Assembly (NCBI RefSeq): GCF_964355755.1
Contig: NC_092679.1
Coordinates: 19,699,432 to 19,763,431 of the forward strand
Direction: 5' to 3'
DNA length: 64,000 nucleotides
Origin: Antedon mediterranea
Lineage: Eukaryota > Animalia > Echinodermata
The translations under genes and the position numbers were made by a program. Of this stretch, positions 1 to 11,930 are shown piece by piece; the first letter of the stretch is position 1; every line of letters starts with the position of its first letter. Below the pieces are notes generated by a model, which was not told where the DNA came from, ran no database searches, and saw only the letters and a program-made list of their open reading frames with translations.

Positions 1-1807
1 GTTTTTGTTATTTAATTTTACTTGTATAATTCACTTCTTATTTAAGATTTAAATGTTATTTTTTATACTTTTCCTTTTGTTTTTATATTGCCTTGTAAAT
101 ATTGCTGTAAAGTTTATCGTTTACAAGTAGGGCATCTTTACATATATTATTATTATATTAAAATATAAATAAATATATATAAAAATGGAAATGATTTATT
201 CCTGCTCTTATTTTGTTTAAACAATAATCAACAAAACATGTTTAAACTAAATAGGAGCAGGACAAAAATCCTTTCACATACTGTAATCTAAACAATATTG
301 TAATAATTTTAAATTCCAAATATGTATTAAAAAACAATATTATTAAAAAACAATATTATTGAATAAAAATTGTAATAATTTAAAAAAAAATGTATGTATG
401 AATTCTATTTAAATACAATACCAAGTACTAATAAGTTAATAAAACATATTTCTTTTTAGAAAAATGAACAAAAAAAATGAATAGTTATATAATTAAAATA
501 AAAATTACCTACCATAAAATACATGGAACTATATAAAAACTATATAGTTTAACTCCTCAGAATTATAACATCCTGTTCGCACAAGGTTTAAGTGAAAAAA
601 TGATCGGCTAATTTTTTAAACTTTAATTTCATTTGCCAAAATCGTTTATCCTATGATTAGGTAATTACCTAGGTCAAGCCAAAATCTGGGTCATTTCAAG
701 TGCGTGAGGATTGATATTATAAATGTAAGCTATTCCGAGTCGTTGAAGCATATCACCATTTACATCAACATTCATTATTTGACCTTGCTATCATCCAGGT
801 GATCATGTGACTTGCAATGTTTATCAGCTGATTGGATGTTAGTTTTATCACATGATCACATTTCCTTTTAATGTAAAAATCATGAACTTTATCACTAAAA
901 ATTGCCATAAAAAGTGAAAATACTGTTGTTTACCCACATATTGAATGAGTTAGAAAATTATAATGTGAGAGCCTACAAGTTTTTTTAATTAGTCATTTTT
1001 TTGGATTGCATAATAAATGCTGAATAAACAGAACATTACTGTATCTATATATTTTTATTCTGACAAATATAGTACTTTTTTTTATTTGTTTATAGGATAG
1101 CATCCGCAATTTTTAAATTATCGTCCTGAACGTTTATCTCCTAATATTTACAGAACAAATTCCTATTTATTTTCAGAAAAATTTATATATTGGTGATGCA
1201 ACAAATACTTATTAAAATCTTGAGTTATCTTTATCTTCAATATAGGATGAAAACAATAAATGGCACACTGTTGCTAAATTTTTAATTAATTTATTTACTT
1301 CATTTAGTATTACATGATTTTAAGTTGAGTCAAAAATTGAATGAATGTGCATGCTCTGAAGCATATCAGGATGTGTAAATGACTTTGGGCTCAATAGTTA
1401 CATGACGCGTCATGAAAAACTGATAGTTGCTACTACTACCACCATACACACACCTGTTGTGTATGCAAATGAAAACACATGCGATATAAACCCATAAGAT
1501 TAAGCCAATCATTAAAACACATTATTTCCATATTACACCATGACATCCGTGACACATTTTGAATGTAACTTCCGAGAAAAAAAAATTAACAGCGCTGAGG
1601 TCAAACATGAAGTCAATAACCGCATAATGTGCAATATATTTTGATCATTTTTAAATTAATTTAATTTAATTTTAACATGTGGATTTAGTAATCGGAATAC
1701 ATTTGTTTCACATTGGAACATGACATCAGCAAGATTGTTTCTGATGCGACTTCCACAAACAAGAAATAAACTTTTTATAGAGACTGTATTCAACTTACAA
1801 TACTAAG

Positions 1808-2074
1808 GGTATCCTCGGGTATAATCCCACTTCAGGTGTAATCCCACCCCCTACATTATCCCCAGGTATAGTCCCAGTATTGGACTTTAATTTGTTCTGT
1901 ATGTATGCTTCTCTGAACCAGGGTTTTCCCGTCTATAGTGTCCCATCCAGTTAGATGACTTTTTACAAGAAATGCTTACAAATCATTACCAGGGTCTTCC
2001 CGGGCATAGTCCTGGCCCTCAACGTTGGCCCAAGTTCGTTTTCTAAGATGGTGGGATTATACCAGAGGATATAC
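1808..2074. mobile_element. Small MITE-like element with ~23-bp imperfect terminal inverted repeats
   Basis: gggtatcctcgggtataatcccac (1808-1830) is the imperfect reverse complement of gtgggattataccagaggatatac (2051-2074); no ORF. Confidence 0.55.
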
Positions 2075-2099
2075 GCCAATTAATAAAATAAATAAATAC

Positions 2100-2162
2100 C
2101 TGTTTTTCTGCTATATTTCTCCTAGTTTCAGCATCCAAAATACGTTGTTCCAATTGCAACAT
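2100..2162 (-). CDS. PLEKHH1: PLEKHH1/2-like (MAX-1) protein, second coding exon, MLQLEQRILDAETRRNIAEKQ
   Basis: 63-nt phase 0/0 exon, tttccag|ATG...CAG|gtattt. The peptide matches the recalled N-terminal coiled coil of vertebrate PLEKHH1 (MQELEQRLLEAEQRAENAETQ) and continues the 36034 exon in frame. Confidence 0.85.
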
Positions 2163-3479
2163 CTGGAAATATTGAAGAAATAAGTTTTTCATAAATTTAT
2201 AACTCATCTACAACATATTATTCAACTTTTTTTTTTAATGCAAGTACAATTTTGAAAAAAAAATACCATGAGAGAAAAACAGCAGTTATAGTAACTAATG
2301 AAATAGCGATAATTGGAGGGTACAGAATATTCTTTCTTAATACTAGTACTACACTAAATATTATTTTGCTGGAAAATCCCATAATGAAGAATTATGTTAG
2401 CAATATGATAGTTGACCATTATTTATAGTCATGAGTAAAACACTAGATGATTTATTCATGTCATGTCCGCATAAATTACTTACGTAAACTTAACCACTAA
2501 CCAAGGAGAGTCCCCAACCACACTGTCATGGAAGAAGTATTGCATTGGGTTATAACACATGAAATGCTAAATATTGTATAAATATATACTCAATTATCAA
2601 AAGCATTCAAACAATAATATACTTGTGTGAACAACAAATAACTAACTAAAACAAAAAAATTAAATTATCAGGTTGTACAGATATATCAGATACAAATTTT
2701 GTAATACTTAAGTAAACTAACCACTAATTTAATTAAGTCCAATATAATTGTGCCATGTATAAAGAAATAAAAGCCTGGTTGAGTGGATGAAACAAACCGT
2801 ATATCTTCAGTTGGTACTTAAGCCGTGTTACCACTAAAGAGTAGATCGATGAGAGTATGTTCCGAGTGTGAAATCATTTAAGGATGTCCCATAAGCAAAA
2901 TACTTCCTAAGTACCTGATACTTGGAAATCAATTACTTGGCAAAAGTAAACTATGCTAACTTAAAGGAGCGGTATCGTAAGTCCTACGTTCATAAATCTG
3001 GTAAACTAGCTGTTCATCTAAGTCTGAATGATGAGCTCCATCTTAGTGAATTCATGATAATAATCTAATGATAAAAGTATGATGATTGAAAATGTTCATC
3101 TGGTTTGTAGGTACAAAATTTAAAATTTAAGCCAAATCATCAACAGAGACGAGGGCACCCACCAACTCAGTCATGTGTATGACCCTGTCATTAAACAGAA
3201 TAGGCCCTCTAGAGGTCAGTCTGTTTGATGATAGATCGTCATTATTTCTGAAGAAGCTGTCCGATCAGGACAGCGAAACTGTCAAGGTTAGTTTTTACTA
3301 ATTATTGGTTTGGAAAAAAGAATATTTTCAATATATAAAAGTATGATGTAAAGAGAGAATGGTTGATATTTAATGAATGAATATTAAAAAGAACTGAAAG
3401 CATCTTAACTAAACAGAAAAGAATTTTACACAACTGAAAGTAACGGAAATATCCAATGTGCGATCGATAATGTCAACTT

Positions 3480-3790
3480 GGAACCGATTTATAAATTATG
3501 GTAACCTATTGAGAGCGCAATTCAAAGTTAAAAGAAGAACCAGTATGTGCGAGCACTTATATCACAATTGAACTGATTGCAACTGGCCATGGTTACCTAT
3601 ACCGAGAGCACAACATGATTCAAAGTTGAAAGAACCAGTATATGCGAGCACTTTTATCGAAAATGAACTGATTAAGATAAGATAAGACAAGAGCAACAAG
3701 ATTGCAAAAGGCCATGGTTATCCATACTGAACATGTTAGCATGATTCAAAGTTTTCAGATTTGTAAAAGTAGAACATGGTCTACTCAACC
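3480..3790. repeat. Degenerate ~110-120-bp tandem repeat, ~3 units
   Basis: Recurrent atggttacctat...ttcaaagtt...agaaccagtat.tgcgagcactt...tgaactgatt blocks. Confidence 0.6.
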
Positions 3791-4590
3791 TAATTTGAAA
3801 TATTTTGAACATCCCTTTGAGTTGCGAGCAGTTTAGGTCAATTGGACTCCGTCCCTTTGAGTTTTCACATCGACACAGTCGAGTTGCTTTTAATGTAGTA
3901 ATAGTATTTGACATGACATTATTTCTATACCAGCAGAAAAACATATGTTAAAATAAAAATCAATCAGCAATATTTAACCAGCCAATACAATCGGCCTACA
4001 CAAAATATAATTAAATTATAACTATAATAATTACATTGATGATGATAACGAGTATTGCTGAGTAAGGATAAGCCGTAGGATAATTGCTAATTATAGTTTT
4101 TAACCAATGATTGATTATTAATAAAAAGAAAGTTGATTGATTATTAATAAAATATTTTTATATTACTTTTCTGAAAATTAAGATTAGAAACTCTTATTAA
4201 GTGTCCCATTGATATGAGTGTCCTTTGAATAGGAGAGTGGGGGGTATCCCAAATAATATGATAAAGTATTGTCTCCCAAATGATTAAAATAAAACTTATT
4301 ACCAGTAGTTATTAATCAATTGAACAAAACTGATGATTTTGATTATATAAAAAACAAAATAAATAGTTAATTTAACCAGAAAACATTGACTTCTAGGCAA
4401 TACTGTAAGCTTCCGGCTGACTATATTTTTTTTTAAATGACGGTTTTATTAGATAAATTTTCTTTTTCAATCTAATTTTTTGTGATAATTATCGGATATC
4501 AAAATTGCCAATTAAATTGAACAAAAAATTTGTTTTTTTCACAGGGACAATATATCTTTTATGAAAAACTTATATACAAAATGTATATAT

Positions 4591-4740
4591 ACTGATGAAG
4601 GGCTAGTGTTGCCCGAAAGCTCTGCTAATTTTACTGACTGTTTTATTTTATCATTTTGATTTAGTTTTTTGCTTATTTTATTTTGTATCTCCATTGAGAT
4701 CCAGCCACTGATACCCACAGCATTGTCATTATTTTCAATA
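4591..4740 (+). mobile_element. Penelope-like element terminal fragment carrying a minimal hammerhead ribozyme core
   Basis: CTGATGA-A-GGGC-tagtgtt-GCCC-GAAA-GCTC at 4592-4622, followed by a T-rich tail with ccattgagatccagccactgatacccacagcat. Related fragments lie at ~36500-36655 (-), ~50850-50935 (+) and ~61517-61675 (-). Confidence 0.6.
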
Positions 4741-5199
4741 ATTTGCCTTTGGATTTATATATATATATATATGGCATATCCTATATGTTTACTATATGTT
4801 TCAAACTGTCTTTTTGCCTCAAAATATTTACACTTCTAAATACAGTAGCAGATTTAAATCAGTTTATATTTCCTAGGGAGTTAAAGGAAACGGTCATGTT
4901 GGATTTCTACGCTTATCCTGTTTCAGATCTACTATCATTTTTGAAATCGAAACCAATTCAACTTCAAAACACTTACGGAAATACATTAAGAACCAGACAG
5001 TATTGGCACTGTAGCTGGGTGGTAATAACATGGTTCTTGGTTCAATTCCTATCCTCGTCTCTGTCTCATGGGGATGGTAAGAGACAGGAGGGGAGGTTAA
5101 TATTACTTTATTGTGCAATATTTTTTGTTTAAAATGAATGTCAGGATATACATAGATATTGAAAAAGTTGGTCTTCATGGAAATAGCAAACAGTATATA

Positions 5200-5430
5200 T
5201 GTGGGGAGGGATAGTAGCAGCAGTAGAGGGGGAGGGTTAGTAGCATCAGGGGAGAGAAAGGGGTAGTAAAATAGCAGGGGAAGGGGAGGGTAGTAGCAGA
5301 AAGAGAGGAGAAGGGGTAGTAGCACCAGGGGAAGGGGATGGGTAGTAGCACAGAGAGAAGGGGTAGTAGCACCAGGGGAAGGGGATGGGTAGTAGCACCA
5401 GGGGAAGGGAAGGGTTAGTACACACTAGCA
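5200..5430. repeat. Purine-rich minisatellite (gggtagtagcaccaggggaaggggat variants)
   Basis: Directly visible tandem units of ~21-27 bp; explains the Pro/Leu/Tyr-rich ORFs at 4894-5431. Confidence 0.85.
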
Positions 5431-8400
5431 AGGGATCACAGTGCTATTTTACTCTCTATGACACTCGCACTCCGAAGTTGGTCATTGCGCTTTTGCTTGT
5501 TGTGAAAAAGCATGAACAAAGTTCAAGATGCATGAGACTTGACTTGTATGGGCTTGTATGAATTTTATTTCAAACTTTTTATCAACTGGTATAAAATAAT
5601 ATTTTTGCAAAAAATATTGCATAATTAGCAATTAAACAGACAGACAAGAATTTATCCCTACTGTGCAAAATATCACATGTTTCAAATTAAAACAATCTCC
5701 TGGGAATAGCTGAATGGAACATTGGGAAGGGTGAATCATGAACGAAATCCCATAACATATCCCTATAGATTAATATCAAATGAACAACCATGTAATGGTT
5801 AAATTAATGTCGCAGCAGACAGTGATAAACGGTGTCTACAAGATTGATTTTACGTAAATGACTTGAGGGTAGAAAGAAGATCAGTGTCTATATATACCTA
5901 ATATCGTCACATTTTTAGTGCGATAAAACTAGGTCTAGGGTTGAGATGAAAATTCATCCCCTATGTAGTGACTCTACCCAGTAATCTCAACTGATCTCCT
6001 ATTTAAATATAATCTGTGACCTTGACAATATATTCTATATCTATTTCTACAATTTTACAAATCACTATAAACAAGAAATATTTCTTACAAAAAACGCTGC
6101 TCGCTTATTGAAAAATATTTTTTATTTTAAAAGTTTTTGAATGTGTCATTTTATTGTCACAATAGTTATTTTACCTGAAAAAAATGTAATTTAAAGCAAC
6201 AAATACTTAAATTGTCTGTCAGACAATGGTTTTTGGGTTTCTTTTCTTTTTTTATATGTGAATAAATATTATTTTTTTGTTACAGAAGTGAATACTCAAT
6301 TTCTGTCACTTTAGTTAATTTTATTGCTAAGGTCAAATCTGGGGGTCACTTCATCACCCTAGATATTTCAATTGTGAAGTATCCTATTACAAACACAAAC
6401 TTTAATGGACTGTTTCGATAATAATTCAATGAATATCTGACAGTGAATATACCAGAAATGCTTAGGGATTTGTAATTTTAGCATGACATGTCCTAATAGA
6501 CTCTTTCCCAGACGTTTTTTGGGTCTACTGTAGCAGCTGGAATCAATAAATTATAGTGGAGTTTCCATTTTCACAAAACTGTCTGTCCTTAGAACTATAA
6601 CTGCTGCTTGCTTTAGCTTCTGATTGAGTAGTCCTAATGGGACGTAGCGGGCTAGAGCAGCAGCGTGAAAAAAGTATTAATTTATTGGTAAAATACAAAT
6701 TTGGAATCTCAATTGTTACAGTCCCTACTTTGGGACATTCTGTTCAGATGAACCCTAGACCCGGTTACGGGTCCACTTCAAGATATGAGGCACTTGCGCT
6801 ACCTGTTTTACTGAAAAATACTATATAAATATTTTAAACATTTTCTTGAAGTTGCCTGGGAAAAAAGATCTGAGTTAAAAAAGAGCTAATTTGCATTGTT
6901 GCCAAAAAAAAAAAGTTAAAAATTAAGAAAAGCCACTGCATTGGTTTTTGTTTTACTATTGTATTTAATGCCTATGTATGTATCGTTGAGTGTACATACA
7001 TACATGTTTGGTTTATAATGTTCATTTGTATGTTGTTTAAGTTGACTGCACCACTAATGAGTGTGTTGACACTGATCCAAAAGTGTTTGTCAATAAATTA
7101 AAGTTACTTTACTTTACTATGAAATATTAAACTACCATTTAGAGAGGCCGCAATATTTGTACTGGTTCTCTGCGTTCCCTTTATATATTCAAAAGTAGGA
7201 CCCATTTAGCAATGGGCTTAGCATCCAGTATAGCTAAAATCCCTGCTAAAAGTGTGCCACCTGGGACTCTAGATACCTATTCTACGAGATTATAGTCATT
7301 TGTTATCATGGAAACATAAATCCTAAATTAATCCCACTTCGGCATTCACTTAGACATACCCTTTTTGAGGTCCACTGTCATATTCTTATTGGCAGAAATT
7401 CAATTCAAAACAAAACTCATTTATGTTTAGACATACTTATCCCATAATCACTGGGAAGATATAAAACCAATTATCATATCTATGATATTAGACCTGATTT
7501 TCATGTAATAAGCTAACATTCCAAGCATGGCAAGTCAACCGGTACAACTCTCAAGTCAAATATATACTACGGTATTTATAAAGCAGTAAAACTCTTTTAA
7601 AACATATATAAAGCAATATTATGAATTACATATTTAACAGAAAGGATTTGAGACCTAATACTTACTTTTTCTTCCATATTTGACTACTATAGGACTACCC
7701 TATGATTCACACTCACAAACAAAGGCATATAAATACCTGTCTAGCTTTTATTGTGTTTACTTTACCTTTAATAAACAATGATTTTGTTGACTATACTTGA
7801 AACTTTCCGAGTGACTGGACAACAATTGACTAGTATAAAAATAAGGCTAAAACTGAAAAATAACCTGTTGATATAACTCCTCCCTCTTTACATTTCAAAG
7901 GCCCTGTTCCCACCAATGGAAAGATGTGGTATTTTAGCATATAACACATTTATTATGTATATTATTAGTTAGTTTCCACCACCAGAACTATGATTGTAAA
8001 AGTCTTTGGCATCTCTTCGCAGCTACTTGACTCCAAATGTTATGAAATTCTGAAACCGATATTTAAGCAATCAAATAATTTTATGTGACATAGTCACTAT
8101 GCTATCACTGTATATGAATTACATTATGACATAATCTATGGTTACCAGTTGACATAAATAAGACAAAATTTAATTAGGTCACATCATAATAAAAAAAATG
8201 GATAACCATAAACATTAAATCATTTAAATTTCATGAAGGATTTGCCTAATTTGCAACGGAACTCATTGAAGCATGACAGGGCTTATTTTTGGATTTTCAA
8301 ATCCCCTAGTTCAGGAACCTAGTTTATACCCCGCTTTTCAGGATGTAGATTATGTGTAAGAGAACACGTAATTCTGCCCCTCAAATTAAAGAATATTTTA

Positions 8401-8763
8401 AGTCGTAAATACATTTTTTATAGAAGCCAATGCATTATTAGAAAAAGAGAATGGTGTTCATTTTAACTCAGTCCCTGTTGTTAATCGTGATGCAACGGGC
8501 AAAAATGTTTCTACCAGTTAAAATCATCTTGTTACAGAAACATAAAGAGCTGTGGCCCTAATTCAATCCAATTCAACTTTATTTAATCAACACATATGGT
8601 TCTTCCTACACACATACAAAATACAATATCAACAATGTTTCAATAATATGTACAGGATATATCATATTTAAACACGTTTTAGTGAAAGTTTATGTTTACA
8701 TGATTGTAGGGTCGTAAAATGTAAACACCAAGATTGTCCCATTCAAGTGCACCTTTATATGCG

Positions 8764-9033
8764 AGGCTACGTTTTTTATATTCCATAGGATCCCAATTTG
8801 GATAAAAGGGGATTAAAAGGCTACGTTTTTTCTATTCTATATGATCCCAATTTGGATAAAAGGGGATTAAAAGGCTATGTATTTTCTATTCTATATGATC
8901 CCAATTGGGATAAAAGGGGATTAAAGGGCTACATTTTTTTATATTCCATAGGATCCCAATTGGGATAAAAGGGGATTAAAAGGCTACGTTTTTTATATTC
9001 CATAGTATCCCAATTGGGATAAAAGGGGATTAA
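8764..9033. repeat. ~55-bp minisatellite, ~5 copies
   Basis: ggctacgttttttatattccataggatcccaattgggataaaaggggattaaaa repeated; each unit has an ATCCCAATTGGGAT palindrome or a variant. Confidence 0.9.
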
Positions 9034-9446
9034 CTACAGAAAGAACAATAGAACATAAAAGAATCTTTACCAGAAACGCTTTGTATGGACAGAAACTAAC
9101 TTACCTAGCCAGCTATTGTGCCACAGTATTTATCCATTCAGTAGAAAAAGCAAAAGCACTGACAAATCTAATCCCATCAAAATAACAATTGCTGAAGATA
9201 CGTGAAAATGTTGTTATCCCGATGTTATCGGAAATAAAATCAACATCCTTCCTTATCAAAACTGAAGAATCTCACGGTCGAAAATGTTAAACAGCTGGTC
9301 TTCACAAATTGCTGTTATATAGCCTACTATACTTAGAACTGAATTTAGTAGGCCAAATACACAATAACAATTTTAAAATAACTTTTATAAATTCATATAC
9401 TATATATAATGAAGATAGCCAGGCCTTCCTGATATTACTGGACTAA

Positions 9447-9594
9447 AACTCTGTCTACACTATCAAACTTTATGTGATGTGCCTCATATATGGACATGAT
9501 GATGTCATATCACTACCATATTTAAGCATATCACTACCATATATGGGCACATCACATTTTTTTGTCAAACTAGTTTGATAGTGTAGACAGAGCT
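9447..9594. mobile_element. ~150-bp palindromic MITE, family A (PIF/Harbinger-like, TWA flanks)
   Basis: TIR (AG)CTCTGTCTACACTATCAAACT...AGTTTGATAGTGTAGACAGAGCT flanked by TAA/TTA; internal atatcactaccatatt repeats. Confidence 0.8.
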
Positions 9595-10306
9595 TTATAA
9601 TTTTGAATAAGTAAAAGAGTTCCAACTTTAACAAATTAACTCTCGGTAGACTTTATAAAGCATATGGCCAAACCATAGAGGGTACTATAGTTTAATTAAT
9701 TTAATTACATCCAAACATAGTTGACTATAACAAATCTTGGGCATCACAATCTATGTAAAAATAGGTGCAAAGTACTTTCTAAGCATGGCATATTTTATAT
9801 GTACATAGTGTACAATGCATTGCCAATGCATTTTTTTCCCTTAATAATAGTTAACCAACATAAGCCTAAATGGAAAATGCATGCACTATCATTATCAGGT
9901 TTTTTTGTATATCTATAACTGTCTTGCAAACGTAAGTTTACACAACTGGTTTACTATCAAAGAACTACATATCAATATGCGAATCGAAACCAGAAGCAAT
10001 GTTTTCATTAATCTGGAAAATAATCTGGAAAATTGCATCTTTTATCAGGAGATATTAGATCACTTAACAAATCTACTGCAGTCTGACTTAATATTCAAAA
10101 GTAGCTTTTAGGTTTTGTTTAGTTTTTTGGAAAAAAAAAAAAAAACAACTTTAAAAATAGCACATAAACTCGAATATCAATATATGTTTACATGCCATAA
10201 TAATATTTGTATGATTTTCCATGCTCTGCCAAAAATTGGAAACTTCTGGATAGAAAAAAGAAGGTTCGTCGATTCTTTAAAAAAAATAGTACATAACATT
10301 CTCTAA

Positions 10307-11930
10307 TTGGTTATCCGCCTCAAGCGGATAAGCCCTTGGAATTGTAGTGTTTCTTTTTTTTTTTTTTTTTATTATTCTTCTTTCTTTCCGCCACTTTTGT
10401 ACGGGACGTTTCTCTGCAACGTGTTAACATAACATGTTGTAACTTGGTAAACCTTTAGACATTTAACTGAAGATGTGCAGCCAAACTTTTGGACGCAGTC
10501 AGAACCGCATAGCGTAACTTACGCGCGATTTTCTGAAAATCTTAAATTTATCATAACTTCGAAACCAATAAATATTTTTTAACGTAACTTGCAGCCACGT
10601 TTTCTTCACATCAATGGCTAACTTTTTCAATCTTTAGCACATTTTTGGACACTAGAAAGTTTGCGCGTAAATTGCGTTTGAAATTTTAAAATGCTCCAAA
10701 TGTGTACACGCTGTTTCTCTGCAACGCGTGAACATAACATGTTGTAAGTTGGTCAACATATAGACATTTAACTGAAGATGTGCAGCCAAGCTTTTGGACG
10801 CTGTCAGAGGCGCGTATCGTAAGTTAAGCGCGATTTTCTGAAAATCTTAAATTGATCATAACTTTGAAACAGATAAATATTTGTTAACGTAATTTTCAGC
10901 CACGTTTGCTTTACATTAATTGTTAACTTTTTTATCCCTACCGAATTTTGTAACATTAGAAAGTGCGTGCGTAAAGGGCGTTTGAAATTTTAAAATGCTT
11001 CAAATCAATTTCTGATTAAATTAGAGCACGTTTCAGGTCATTTTAAGGGTTTAAAAATTGCCACTGGTGCGCACATTTTTACGCGCGCACGGCGCAGGGA
11101 ACGCGTATAAGCTTTTCTTTTACATAAATTGTGTTTTTCAAACGTAGATTAACAATTTTACGTTATTTTATTCACTTTTCAACTTGAAATGGCGTTCTAC
11201 GAGCACGTTAAACATGACTGGTTGCGCACGAAAACGTCAACAAATTGTGAAAATGTTGCAAAATATGTCTACTTTTAAAAGTGATACAGTTCCTCAGAAT
11301 GCAAGGTTACCCCCATTTTTTATTTTATTTTATTACAGTCTATGAATCGTAGGTCTGATTTATTATAGTGTTGAATGTTAAAACGTGTTTGATGGCTACA
11401 TTATTTGCATATTAAATATAATTTTCGAAATTTTTATCATCAAACAAACAATAACATATTCAAAGAGCAAAACAATAAACATAACGTTTATCTTTTTTCT
11501 TTACATGTTAATATATAAAACTTGAAAGTATGCACTTTGCTAATATGTCACTGTTTAAAATTTGTGAAGATTTCATCATAGTAAAATTTATGATTTAAGT
11601 ATGATATGTAATAATCAACTTGCATCGAGAAGATTCACGACATACCGAATGAACGAGGACTCTTTCTTCGGATTTTCTTCAGCAGGTTCTCATATGGCTC
11701 GATGTGTAGTGCAACCGACTTTGGTATCAGAGGTACCGGGTTCGAATCTCATCACGGGAAAACAATTAAATAAAAGGATTTGTTTGGTTATTACACTGAA
11801 AGGGCAGTTTTAATTTTGAATAGGCTACTTTTTGGAAAAGTCAGAACTGAAAAGTACTTGAATGCGCAAGATATGCTTTGTTGCGGGCGGATAACCAAAC
11901 TCGTCCTCAAGTGACGAGTTCAGATCTAGT
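10307..11930 (+). mobile_element. Non-autonomous Helentron derivative (DINE-1/HINE-like), ~1.6 kb
   Basis: 5' subTIR TTGGTTATCCGC with adjacent inverted copy GCGGATAA, then a T-rich tract. 3' subTIR GCGGATAACCAA (11887-11898), hairpin AACTCGTC-ctcaagt-GACGAGTT, end CTAGT. Internal ~300-bp tandem duplication (~10408-11005). Confidence 0.75.

Noticed and set aside
3130-3290. Plus-strand exon-like stretch ending AAG|gttagt
   Set aside because: No recognisable protein or partner exons; may be regulatory or UTR sequence of the minus-strand gene.
4743-5431. Overlapping Pro/Leu/Tyr-rich ORFs
   Set aside because: Translations of the purine-rich minisatellite and adjacent repeat; no domain or splice logic.
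8764-9033. Palindromic repeat array resembling CRISPR
   Set aside because: Units are contiguous with no unique spacers, no cas genes, and the context is eukaryotic.
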